Positions 41,380 through 51,900 of a stretch of DNA of 64,000 nucleotides are shown here, piece by piece. This stretch comes from Candidatus Lokiarchaeum ossiferum (GTDB lineage: Archaea > Asgardarchaeota > Lokiarchaeia > Sigyniarchaeales > Promethearchaeaceae), in NCBI GenBank assembly GCA_025839675.1, contig CP104013.1, positions 3,105,121 to 3,169,120 of the forward strand, given 5' to 3'. The position numbers were made by a program, and so were the translations under genes. The number at the start of each line of letters is the position of its first letter. The stretch's first letter is position 1. The notes under the pieces were generated by a model. The model had not been told where the DNA came from. It worked only from the letters and a program-made list of their open reading frames with translations, and did not search any database.

Positions 41380-43128
41380 GTGAAAAAAATGGATTTTGAA
41401 GAAACAATTCAGAAAATTATTGAAAAAACAGGTCGCGCTCGAAATGACATAAAGAAATTAATCCAAGAACAAATTGAAGAATTAAGTGGATTAATTGATG
41501 AAGAGGGAGCAATTGTAATCGTCGCAAAAAATTTAGGAATCGATTTAAAATCAAATCAAGAAGCAGCGAATATGGAAGTTGATCAAAAAATTATTGATTT
41601 AAAACCACGAATGAATGCAAACACTGTGGGAAGAATTGTTGAAATTGAAGACATTCGTAAATTTAATAAAAAAGATGGAAGTCAAGGTGTTTTGTTACCT
41701 TTTATTATTGAAGATACTTCCAACATGATCCGGTGCCTGGCATGGGGAGAAAATCATGCCCAGATTTTACAAGAAAATGGATTTTCTTCGGGCGAAATAG
41801 TGAGAATAGTAAATGGGTTTATTAAAGAGGGAAGAACTGGTGCTCTTGAAATTCATATCGGCGGAAAAAGCAGAATTCAACTTCAACCAGACAATGTAGA
41901 TTATAAATTGATTCCTGATGGGAAGAATTCATCCAAAATTTCTATAACCCCTCTTGGAAAAATTTCCATAAAAATGCCTTATGTAAATATTCAAGGAATT
42001 GTAAGTTCGATATTTCCGCCGAAAGAATTCTCACGAAAGGATGGAAGCAAAGGAAAACGTGCTTCAATTGCTATATCAGAAAATGAGAATAGTGTTTACA
42101 TAACCTTCTGGGGAGATCATTGTGAGAAAATTAATGATATTGTCGAAGGTCATACAGTTCAGATCACTAGACTTACTCCGAAACCAAATTATAAAGATAA
42201 TTCAAAAATAGATCTGACAGCAACCTCGAATACTACTATTATAATCCAAAATGGAGGTAATATTAATCATTCTTCAGCTAAGCCTAATGCCCAACCAGGC
42301 CAGATCATTACTATTCAAGAATTAAATACTAAAGGAGGCTTTGGATCTATCGAAGGAAAAATTCAAGATATTGATGATATTAAAACCATTAATCTACGTG
42401 ATGGATCTCAAAAAAATATTTTAAAATTTGTTTTAGCAGATAAAACTGATGCAATAAGGGTCAATGTGTGGGGTGAAAAAATTCCCGAAACACCTCTCAA
42501 AGTTGGAGATGTCTTGAGTATTGAAAGTCTTATGGCAAAAATTAATTCCTATTCAAATCAAATGGAAGCGACTCTTACTCGAAACGGAGTAATTACTCAA
42601 ATAGATAAAATTATTGAGACTAATAAGACCATTGCGCCAATTGCTTCAAAAAATGCTTTTCAAAAACTTGATCGGAAGAATATTGAAGATATAACAGAAC
42701 CGGAATTTTATGAATTCAAAGGATCAATAATAAAGGAAATTAATCGGATCACGACATATTCAGCCTGTTCAACGTGTAATCGGAAATATGAAAACTGTAA
42801 ATGTGATAATCCAGGAGATCAGGTTAATAGAATGATAATAAATTTGCTTCTGGATGATGAAAGTAGCACAATTCGAGCAACATTAATGGGAGAACGTGCT
42901 GAAAAGTTCATTGGAGAAAAGACAGATCGAATTGTGGAACTCCAAGAAGGAGGGGAATTAGAATCCTTCTTAAAAGAACGAAATAAAAGTTTAGTGGGCA
43001 AAGAATTTGTCTTTCGGGGAAAAGCAAGATTTTCCAATTATTCTGAAAGTTATGAAATAAGCATCAATTCTTTTGAAGAATTAAATGTCGAAATGGAAGC
43101 ATCTAGAATTCTTAGCTTGTTGGAATGA
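41380..43128 (+). CDS. rpa: Replication protein A large subunit (multi-OB-fold ssDNA-binding protein with a C4 zinc motif)
   Basis: Several repeated OB-fold modules (GRIVEIEDIRKF..., VNIQGIVSSIFPPKEF..., GSIEGKIQDIDDIKT...) and CSTCNRKYENCKCDN zinc ribbon in the last OB. Confidence 0.7.
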   Translation: MKKMDFEETIQKIIEKTGRARNDIKKLIQEQIEELSGLIDEEGAIVIVAKNLGIDLKSNQEAANMEVDQKIIDLKPRMNANTVGRIVEIEDIRKFNKKDGSQGVLLPFIIEDTSNMIRCLAWGENHAQILQENGFSSGEIVRIVNGFIKEGRTGALEIHIGGKSRIQLQPDNVDYKLIPDGKNSSKISITPLGKISIKMPYVNIQGIVSSIFPPKEFSRKDGSKGKRASIAISENENSVYITFWGDHCEKINDIVEGHTVQITRLTPKPNYKDNSKIDLTATSNTTIIIQNGGNINHSSAKPNAQPGQIITIQELNTKGGFGSIEGKIQDIDDIKTINLRDGSQKNILKFVLADKTDAIRVNVWGEKIPETPLKVGDVLSIESLMAKINSYSNQMEATLTRNGVITQIDKIIETNKTIAPIASKNAFQKLDRKNIEDITEPEFYEFKGSIIKEINRITTYSACSTCNRKYENCKCDNPGDQVNRMIINLLLDDESSTIRATLMGERAEKFIGEKTDRIVELQEGGELESFLKERNKSLVGKEFVFRGKARFSNYSESYEISINSFEELNVEMEASRILSLLE

Positions 43129-43193
43129 ATTTTTTTTTTAAGTTTCTATTCTCCATTAATTTAAATAGTCGGATTTAGGGAAATACAATAGAA

Positions 43194-43844
43194 ATGGAAG
43201 AACAACGTTTGAATATGGTTTCCCAATTGCAATCGAGAAAAATATTAGAGTCAAAAATGATAATTGAAGCCATGAAGAAGGTTCCACGACATCTTTTTGT
43301 TCCCTTAAATATGAAAAATAGGGCCTACGAAGATAATCCCTTACAAATTGATTGTGGACAAACGATTTCTGCCCCACATATGAATGCAATGATGTGTGAA
43401 TATCTACAAATAGAAAAAGGACAAAAAATTTTAGAAATAGGTACTGGATCAGGATATCATTGTGCCCTCTTAGCTGAAATAGTTGGAAATAAGGGAAAAA
43501 TATATTCGATCGAGCGAGTTCCACGTTTAGCCAAGAAAGCTTCAAAAGTATTACGAGTACTAAATTACGACAATATTGAAATCATTACAGGTGATGGTTC
43601 ATGTGGTCACCAAATAGAGGCACCTTATGACAGAATACTGGTAACCGCAGCAAGCCCTCAAATTCCCGAAATTCTTATTCAACAATTAAGTGAAAATGGA
43701 GGAATTATGTGTATTCCAACTGGAAAACAACGCTGGATTCAAGATCTATTAGTAATCAAAAGACATGAACATTCAATTGAAAAGAAGTGCGTTTCTAAAG
43801 TCATTTTTGTCCCTTTAATTGGGAAATTTGGATTCAAAGAATAA
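43194..43844 (+). CDS. pcm: Protein-L-isoaspartate O-methyltransferase
   Basis: VPRHLFVP, GQTISAPHM, SAM motif KILEIGTGSGY; 216 aa. Confidence 0.9.
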   Translation: MEEQRLNMVSQLQSRKILESKMIIEAMKKVPRHLFVPLNMKNRAYEDNPLQIDCGQTISAPHMNAMMCEYLQIEKGQKILEIGTGSGYHCALLAEIVGNKGKIYSIERVPRLAKKASKVLRVLNYDNIEIITGDGSCGHQIEAPYDRILVTAASPQIPEILIQQLSENGGIMCIPTGKQRWIQDLLVIKRHEHSIEKKCVSKVIFVPLIGKFGFKE

Positions 43845-43865
43845 ACTTGTTGATAAACTATATAT

Positions 43866-44543
43866 TTAATTTTCTGGTTCTATATCGATAAACTCAATTA
43901 GACTCAGAATATTCTTTAATATCTCATCCCGGTCAATATTTGACTCAGCAACTAATAATTTTTGCACATTAGCTCGAGTTTCAGGATGTTTTGGATTGTT
44001 TTCACAAGCAGGACCTTTAATCAAACTCAATTCATATAGCCCAACTTTTTGGCTGATTTTAATAATGTCCAACTTGTCAAAACCGATAAGTGGACGAACC
44101 ACAGGAACTTCTTTATTAATTTGATGAACCGCATATAAATTATCTAAGGTCTGGGAAGCCTGCTCTCCTAAAATATCACCATTCACAATCATCGAAGCTT
44201 TATAAAAATGAGTTAAATATACTGCGGTATGAATCATGGTCCGCTTGCAAATAACGCATGTTAACTTCGGTTCGCATTTCTCTTTAAAAACTTCAACTAT
44301 CGCATCATAATCCACAAAGTGTAAACGCATCTTTCGTTTGGTTAATTCAACCAATTTTTTTCCGATCTGAATTATTTTTTCTTTATTTAAGTTCCTATTT
44401 TCTTTGCCATTAAGAAATGAAAGTCCAAAACAATTATACCCTTGTTTCATGATAAGATAGGAAGCGATGGGGCTATCTAATCCAGTGGATAATAAAGACA
44501 CAAAAGAAGGAGATATATCGAGAAAATCAGTTTCAGAAAGCAT
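43866..44543 (-). CDS. ThiI-like PP-loop ATPase domain protein (stand-alone ThiI C-terminal domain, with a degenerate SGG to STG motif)
   Basis: LLSTGLDSPIASYL aligns with the ThiI SGGxDSPVA PP-loop. No THUMP domain is present. Confidence 0.45.
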   Translation of the reverse strand: MLSETDFLDISPSFVSLLSTGLDSPIASYLIMKQGYNCFGLSFLNGKENRNLNKEKIIQIGKKLVELTKRKMRLHFVDYDAIVEVFKEKCEPKLTCVICKRTMIHTAVYLTHFYKASMIVNGDILGEQASQTLDNLYAVHQINKEVPVVRPLIGFDKLDIIKISQKVGLYELSLIKGPACENNPKHPETRANVQKLLVAESNIDRDEILKNILSLIEFIDIEPEN

Positions 44544-44760
44544 GATCCAATGTGTATAGCTTTGTAATGTAAATCAAATTTTCGATTTAGGTTTAAAAGT
44601 CATTATCTGATCTATGGATTTTCATTTTACACGAAAAGATCCAAGATATTATCTACGTATTTTATTCATATTATGTTCGTGACAATCCCATTGATTAGAA
44701 AAAATTTGTTGTGGATTAATTAAGAAACCCTACAAGAAACTACGATCAAAGCATATCACG

Positions 44761-45630
44761 ATGTTATCAGTTTATAGATATGATCCATTTTTGATCAGAA
44801 TTGTTGGTGTTATGGTGACCCCCATGCAAAACTTCCGCCTCATACAACTAGATGAACTTAACCCTTCTTCCCTTAATCACCCATTATGCATTATTGGCAT
44901 GCCCGGTATTGCAGACATTGGTAAATTTGCAGTTGATCAACTTATTGGTATTTTCAAAGCAAGAAAATATTGTGAAATTATTTTCAACGATTATCCCGCT
45001 GGGGCGATTGTTGACGAAAGTCTTTTATCCACACCCAAAGCAGAAATTCTCTATTACTTGGATCCAAAAAAGAAACAAGATTTAATTTTAATTACAGCTG
45101 ATGCTCAAGCAATGTCGCCTCGTGGTATCTATGAAATTTCAGATTATATTGCAACATTAATCCACCAATTAGGAGTAGTCAAAATCTTGGCATTAGGGGC
45201 TTATCCAATTAAGAACGCAAAAGCTGAACAAGGAAGTATCTACATCACATCCACAGAAACTAAATATATTGACCAATTTTCGAATTCAGGTGAAGCAAAG
45301 AAAGTTAGTAAAGGAGTCATTATTGGATCCAATGGATTAATTCCCACCTTGGCAAAAGCTCGTTTTGGCATGGAAGGTATTGTTCTTTTAGCGGAAACAG
45401 ATAATTCTGCTATAATGAATGAAAATATCACAGATTTACAAGCATCAATTCATTTACTCGAATTAGTTGGGAAGCACTTCAATCTACCAATAAAAAATAA
45501 TTTCAGTGAAAATCGAATAACAGAAATTTCTAAAGATTTAGAAACGAAAAGAAAGCAATTGGAAGAAGAATTGGAAACTATTCAACCTCATGTAGAGCTG
45601 GCAGATGTAGATAAATCTCTATACATTTAA
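44761..45630 (+). CDS. PAC2-family protein (proteasome assembly chaperone-like, COG1938)
   Basis: LCIIGMPGIADIGKFAVDQLI N-terminal motif resembles the PAC2 family. The true start is probably an internal Met. Confidence 0.45.
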   Translation: MLSVYRYDPFLIRIVGVMVTPMQNFRLIQLDELNPSSLNHPLCIIGMPGIADIGKFAVDQLIGIFKARKYCEIIFNDYPAGAIVDESLLSTPKAEILYYLDPKKKQDLILITADAQAMSPRGIYEISDYIATLIHQLGVVKILALGAYPIKNAKAEQGSIYITSTETKYIDQFSNSGEAKKVSKGVIIGSNGLIPTLAKARFGMEGIVLLAETDNSAIMNENITDLQASIHLLELVGKHFNLPIKNNFSENRITEISKDLETKRKQLEEELETIQPHVELADVDKSLYI

Positions 45631-45660
45631 TTTTCATTTAATTATGAAAAAAAAATAAAA

Positions 45661-46635
45661 CTACAATGGATACTTTTTTTGAAAATTTTGTTCATATCTT
45701 GCCTTAGCAGATGATGAGGTATAATTCTGAGTTTGCGGTCCTAAAGTTTCAACAGAAAATGAAGATAAAGTGGCACCCATTTGGCATGCTTCTAAAATGG
45801 AACAGTCATTAGCTATACCAACTAATAAACCCGCTCGAAAAGCATCTCCAGCCCCAGTCGTATCTAACACCTTCGAAGGTTTACAAATGCCAACATGAAT
45901 GATTTCCTCATCGAAGAAACAATCGGAACCTTTATTGCCTTTTGTTATTATAACTCTAGAATTTATTTTCAATAAATCCTCGATTGACATATTTAATTTC
46001 TCAAGAATCATGTTGACTTCAAATTCGTTCCCAATCAGCATATAAGCGAGTGGGATCACTTCTTCAAGCATTTCTTTAGAAAAAGCGGGCGTTACCTGCC
46101 CTGGATCAAAGATAAAAGGTATCTCAAGCGACTTCAATTCTTTTGCCCATCCCATCATAGCCATAACATTATCTGGACTTACTGATGCAATCTTTATCCC
46201 CGAATTTGTTATATTCTTCTTTTTCAAATTGATTTCGGGACATTTTTTCATTGCTCCTTCATGAAAAATAATCATTTGATTGTGATTCTCATCATTCACA
46301 ATATAACATGAAGCAGTAAATAAATCAGAATGAATATTTCCTCTGAAAATTAATGAGGGAAATCTCTCCATATGTTTTTGATAGCCTAAATCAATGAAAT
46401 CTTTACCTACAGAAGTGATAACTTGCACTGGACTGTCCAATTGTGCAATATTATATGAAATATTACCTGAGGTACCTCCAAAATTTATTTTCTTTGAATG
46501 TGGCATTACTGCGAGATTAAACACTTTTTTCTCTGGATCTGAAGTCAAATTCTTATTCAAATCCCCTCCGAAATCCATTATATAATCATAGGCAATAGAT
46601 CCTAATACAAGAATATCTTTATTACTCATAATCAC
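45661..46635 (-). CDS. PfkB-family carbohydrate/nucleoside kinase (ribokinase-like)
   Basis: N-terminal ILVLGSIAYDY; C-terminal DTTGAGDAFRAGLL (PfkB signature 2). Confidence 0.8.
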   Translation of the reverse strand: MIMSNKDILVLGSIAYDYIMDFGGDLNKNLTSDPEKKVFNLAVMPHSKKINFGGTSGNISYNIAQLDSPVQVITSVGKDFIDLGYQKHMERFPSLIFRGNIHSDLFTASCYIVNDENHNQMIIFHEGAMKKCPEINLKKKNITNSGIKIASVSPDNVMAMMGWAKELKSLEIPFIFDPGQVTPAFSKEMLEEVIPLAYMLIGNEFEVNMILEKLNMSIEDLLKINSRVIITKGNKGSDCFFDEEIIHVGICKPSKVLDTTGAGDAFRAGLLVGIANDCSILEACQMGATLSSFSVETLGPQTQNYTSSSAKARYEQNFQKKYPL

Positions 46636-46734
46636 ATTGGTTTAACCGATCCAAAAAAAAAAGGTTTTAGAATCCAAACAAAAAGGAACTGAAAAAGTAT
46701 CAATTGTTGATGAACAAGGCTAGTTTCCCTTCAA

Positions 46735-46855
46735 TGAATACGTAAATTTAAAGGTCCCGCATGAACAGCGGACCAATATGGTCCGTAAAAGAAAGTACCC
46801 CGGAACGGGGCGAAATCAAGGTGATGTGACCATCACCATCCAAAAAGACAAAATA
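46735..46855. ncRNA. Candidate structured RNA or leader element: a GC-rich island with four consecutive hairpins, two of them mutually exclusive
   Basis: ggtcccgc-atgaaca-gcggacc / ggacc-aatat-ggtcc share the middle ggacc arm. These are followed by ccccg-gaa-cgggg and ggtgatg-tgacc-atcacc. The surrounding intergenic DNA is AT-rich. Lies about 100 to 220 nt upstream of the PfkB kinase start on the minus strand. Confidence 0.25.
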
Positions 46856-47120
46856 AAATTCATGCGGAGACCAATATTCTAATAAATTCAAAGAATATAA
46901 ATTCTGAGATTATTCATGATAGGTTTAACCCCGTTATTTTGTTATGGATTACAAGAAATAGATCGAAAATTCAATTATGTCGGTCACCCTTATTTACCTT
47001 CCATCGGATTTAAAACAAAATCAATTCAAAATTTTAAGATATAATTAATATCTCGCAGGAAAGATCAGTATTTCTATTAACAATTTCCCAATACATGAAA
47101 AGAAAAAGAAAAAAAATACC

Positions 47121-47624
47121 TTAACTATAATCGTAGATAAATCCAACAGGGAGTTTGATCCCTAATAATCGTATATATAAGGTTAATTGTCCCCGATGAT
47201 GCACAACTTCTTCCTGAATTGTCATCAAGGCTTGGATTCCAGCTAATTTGAATCCATGCCAACAATGGAAGGTAATTTCTTGCTGCAATTTGTCTTCTGT
47301 CAACGATTCAAGTGTTTCGTGGAAGTAAGTCTTTATTTTCTTTATATAATCTTTAATTTGATCCAGTGTAGCACCTGTTTTTGGGGTTGGAATTTCTGCA
47401 AAATCTTCATTTTCCAATTTCCCTTTTCGTACTGCTTTCGAATAGGCAAATACCATCTCATACATATGTGCCACCAATTCCCCTAAAGATAGAGAGCTTT
47501 CATCCCCACAGGGTTTAAAATTCACAGCATCTTCAGAAATTTTGGTCAGTAGTTTATCGACGACTTTCATTTGGTTGTTTAACAAATGTAATAATGTTCC
47601 CTTAACGCTCTGTAATTGCGACAT
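47121..47624 (-). CDS. DinB/YfiT-like four-helix-bundle protein (putative metal-dependent hydrolase)
   Basis: 167 aa with conserved His positions (ELVAHMYEM...HCWHG...VHHRGQ) typical of the DinB_2 family. Confidence 0.4.
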   Translation of the reverse strand: MSQLQSVKGTLLHLLNNQMKVVDKLLTKISEDAVNFKPCGDESSLSLGELVAHMYEMVFAYSKAVRKGKLENEDFAEIPTPKTGATLDQIKDYIKKIKTYFHETLESLTEDKLQQEITFHCWHGFKLAGIQALMTIQEEVVHHRGQLTLYIRLLGIKLPVGFIYDYS

Positions 47625-47691
47625 ACATTAAATAGAACATATCCTATATTTAAGACTTGGTGGATGAAAATTTATCAGATCCCAAAAAGAA

Positions 47692-48207
47692 TTGAAATTT
47701 TTTTTCATGAAATTAATATACTTTTACACTTGTTATTCTATCATGACCAATCCAGCAGTGGTACGCAAAATCAATCCTGATGAACTGGACCAATTATTGG
47801 AGCTCTACTCCTATTTTCCCTCAAACGTTGAACCCCTACCCTCTCCCGATATTATTCAAGTAACATGGAATTCCATCATGGTCAATCCACATCTTCATTA
47901 TTTCGTTGTTGAATATGATAATAAGCTCGTTTCAACTTGCAACTTAGCCATCATCCCGAATTTAACTCATGGAGTCCGACCATTGGGTCTTATAGAAAAT
48001 GTCGTCACCGCTAAAGCCTATGAAAATCATGGGTTTGGGCAAAAGGTGCTCCACTATGCCAAAAAATGGGCTAAAAAACATCGCTGCCATAAAGTGGTCT
48101 TACTCACTGGTTCCAAACAGCCGCGGACTTTAAAATTTTATGAAAAAGCAGGATTTCAACGAGGGATAAAAACAGGGTTTGTCTCCACATTAGATGATGT
48201 CGTGTAA
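47692..48207 (+). CDS. GNAT family N-acetyltransferase
   Basis: Motif A HGFGQKVLHYAKKWA. C-terminal KFYEKAGF. Confidence 0.8.
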   Translation: MKFFFMKLIYFYTCYSIMTNPAVVRKINPDELDQLLELYSYFPSNVEPLPSPDIIQVTWNSIMVNPHLHYFVVEYDNKLVSTCNLAIIPNLTHGVRPLGLIENVVTAKAYENHGFGQKVLHYAKKWAKKHRCHKVVLLTGSKQPRTLKFYEKAGFQRGIKTGFVSTLDDVV

Positions 48208-48228
48208 TTCCCCAGAAATACAAATCAT

Positions 48229-48570
48229 CTATTTTTGATCTCTCGATGAATAGATAATAAATCCTTTCTTGCGCAATATATCAAACCCTATTTTTTTATA
48301 CATTTTATGAGCTCGTTCATTGGCTGATCCTGACAACAGCATTACCTCGGTACACTTTTTATCCCAGGCAAAGTTCAAAGCATGATTCACTATGGCCTTC
48401 CCGTAACCGTTGCGACGATAATCTCTATGGATCACCACATGTTCAAGAAACCCATAACCATCCCCACCCCGAATGAAAGAGGGTGTTATGGTCAAAATAA
48501 AAGAAGCAATTATTTTCTTATCTTCTTCTCCAATGAAATAGGTAATACACGGGCTTTTCTGTACTTGATC
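48229..48570 (-). pseudogene. GNAT acetyltransferase, apparently disrupted (in-frame TGA within a region coding GNAT-like sequence)
   Basis: The annotated ORF starts at a TTG. In the same frame upstream, ...QENLEIWDQVQKSPCITYFIGEEDKKIIASFILTITPSF... continues GNAT-like sequence after a TGA stop, and no plausible Met is present. Confidence 0.4.
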
Positions 48571-48768
48571 CCAGATCTCTAAATTTTCTTGTCATTTAAT
48601 AGTGGGAAATTTTCTTGGCTTGCATAATGATGATAAAGCGGAATTAATTTTCCGATTTCATCCTCGTTGATTTTTCGTATCTCCACACCAACTTTCCTCT
48701 GGTATCACTAATGATATTAAATTAAGAAATAACCTTGTTTTCAAAGGGAATTAAAAGGAAAGAGAAAT

Positions 48769-48827
48769 GGCGCAGGTGTCAGGGATCGAACCTGCGACCT
48801 GCCGATTAACAGCCGACCGCTCTACCG
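48769..48827 (-). tRNA. Partial tRNA-Asn(GTT)-like gene: 3' portion only (D-stem 3' strand through acceptor 3' strand plus CCA). No 5' half found adjacent.
   Basis: The reverse complement reads GGTAGAGC-G-GTCGG-CTGTTAA-TCGGC-AGGTC-GCAGG-TTCGATC-CCTGA-CACCTGC-G-CCA. Upstream sequence lacks the acceptor 5' strand and D-stem. Confidence 0.5.
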
Positions 48828-48966
48828 AAGATGTACCATATGCACTCAAATACATAATTCTTAACACCAAAATTCCTAGAAAATTGCTTGGCGTAAGATT
48901 TCGAGTATAATCCTTCTCTATGATAAAGTTTTAATTAATCAAAAACTCAAAAAAAAAAGAAAAAAA

Positions 48967-51900
48967 TTAAACAATTTCAATCCAAAAAGCTTTTGTTCCA
49001 TGATAATCTATGGTGAAAGTCTTAGCAAATAAGTCGGTGTCCGAAGGAATAAATGTCTCAAATTTTAAAGAAAATGATTCTCCTTCTTCAAATTTTAATT
49101 GAGATTCAAATTTAAGAGTTATCGGCCCAACAGGAATTGTGGTCCAAGCACCATAGTTTCGATTATACTCATGATCATTCACCATTTCAATTTCCCAAGG
49201 ATTATTTGGTAATAACTCCTCAGTTATACCGATTTGTTCACGTTGAGAGTAATATTGAGATCTGGGATCAAAAGTAATCCCTGGATAATCTGTATTGAAT
49301 TCACCTAAGAATTTTCTGAAGCGAAGGATTTCTTTGCTAGGATCTTGCTCCAAAATAATCCTTTGATAAGCGTGAACAGAATTGGCATCTTCGTATTTGT
49401 ATCCTATTCCTTTAACGTTTCCCCAATATTCAATTCCAACTATCACATCTTCTTCAATATTAAGGATAGGATTTTTAACAGTGAATGAGACTTTTTCTAA
49501 TTCCCCTAATTCAACATCAATACCTGCACCTCCTGTATCTTTAGATCCAATAGAAACACCGGCTTTTAGTTCAATTTTTTTTGTAGAAAAAGATGTTAAA
49601 CCTGGTGTTATATCCCAATCCAAATTAATCCCATTTGGAGATGTTGGAATATAGATTCGATATTCTGGAATGACAATCTTTTCAGAAGATATCAAATCCA
49701 CCGAATTTTCAACTGCCTTTCCAAGTTTTATGTTATCCATATAGACTTGGAAGGAAGCATCATTAGTATTACTTGTATAGATTTCGAGTTCCGTTACATC
49801 CCACATTTCAGTGCTGGCACGAGGTTCATCAGCGATCTTCACACCATCAACCCAAGCTTGCCATTGATTATTATCCATATCCATTAGTAAATCGATTTTA
49901 TACATGCGATTTGATTCTGGCAAACAATAAATATCATCAGGACCAATATAACTGTTGCCATATACATCATTAGTGACCGAAAGAACGTTTTCTGGAAAAT
50001 CACCATAAGTTTGGTGCAAACTTAATCTAATATAATCTTCGTAGGAAACAATATCATTATCTTTGAAAATGATTGTAAAATCTGGAATGCCAGTGTATCC
50101 GATTTCAAATGTGAAAAGATATTTTCCATAATTATCCATTTCAATATCTTTACTAATTTTCACTTTTTTATTATTTAAAATTCCTCCAGTACTGGAATCT
50201 ACAAATTCTATAACCCTTCCATAATAATCAGTTATTGGAGAAATTATAACATTAACAGAACAATCTGTTCCTTCAGAAATAGTATAACCAGAAGGATTTG
50301 TTCCAATACCTGCATTCTCATAATTATCCGTAACAGGGTATCCAGCATCCTTTGGATTAGAAAAATACAACTTGATCTCGTCATCATCAGTAAACCCATC
50401 ACTATCAGTATCTTCTAATCCAGGATTCGTAGTAAGTTCATAATGCTCATATCCGTCATTATATGTATCACCATCAGAATCTGGATTTGTAGGATTAAGG
50501 TTCACATAACCTTCATATTCATAGATGCCAGTAGCTTCAGAGCTTAAATCATCTCGTACAAAATCTAATTCTTGCTTATCAGTCAATCCATCAAAATCTG
50601 AATCAATTTCTGAGGGATTAGAATAATATGTTTTGTAGAATTTTGGTCGAGAATTTGGATCTGAATAAATTAAATCATATCCAGTTACTTCTTCGCTATC
50701 AGTTAAACCATCTTCATCTTTATCTGCTAAAGCATTCAAAGGATTTGTATTGTATACTAAAACTTCATCTCCATCAGATATACCATCATTATCTGAATCA
50801 GAATCACTTGGAGATAAATCATCTAACCTAGAATAATGAGCTTCATAGTTTCCATCCCATATATTAAACCAATTATAAGAATATTCTTCATAATTGGACA
50901 AATCATCATTATCAGTATCCCTATCCACATTTGGAAGATGGAAATAGCTTCTGTATCCTTCAGAAGATACTCCTAACCCATCAATTCCAAAATTCATAGC
51001 ATCATATCCACTATGTGTGTACATCCCAAGCGAGTTGATGTAGGAATAAGAAAGAACTGGAATATCACTTCCCACTTTTTGACCATCAATCCAAGCATCA
51101 ACTTGATTATTGCTGAAATCTAATTCAATGTGAACTTGATACCATTGATTCAATTGATAATCAAGAATTGGAATCCAAGTTCCTGTATCTCGTCTAATTC
51201 CAAGATGACCACCCCAGATTGGCATGTAAAATGGTTGTCCTGATCCGTGAAAAGTTAGATATGCATATCCATTTGATGAAGGCGATGGAGAATACCACCA
51301 GAAGTCAATAGAATCACCATCCTGACTCATAGTATTAAAACTGACAGAAGCGGTTGGACTTGTTGTTGGTGTGTTTCCTTGGGCAAGATATAATGCATTG
51401 GGATGATTTTCAATATTTTTAATTGTTGCAGTTGCTGTTCCAGGATTATAAGTCCACTCTTGCCAATTTGTGGTTCCAATTATTTTGAAGCTTTCAATAT
51501 CGGGATGATTTGAAAATGCTTCATACCCTTGGGAGGAAACTCCTAAACTATCAAATCCAAAATTCATTTTTTGTTCAGTACCCTGTGTATACATGAAAAT
51601 ATTGTCAATTTCAGAATATGGAAGCACTGGAATATCTGATAGAGTTTTTATTCCATTTGCCCATAAATCCACTTCATTATTTGTGAAGTCAAATTCAACG
51701 TGCATATGATACCAGGTTGACCATTCAAAATTGAAATATTCCCATGCACTTGTATCCTTTCTTATTCCAAAATGATTTGACCATATTGGGAAGTAAAAGG
51801 GCCGTGAACTCCCATCTTGCAAGCAAATATATGCATAACCAATCGTATCGGAAGAAGGAGAATACCACCAAAAATCAATATAATCATTATCTTGATTCAC

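Noticed and set aside
43156-43545. 129-aa minus-strand ORF overlapping pcm
   Set aside because: It is antisense to a highly conserved protein-L-isoaspartate methyltransferase gene and is low-complexity Phe/Leu-rich.
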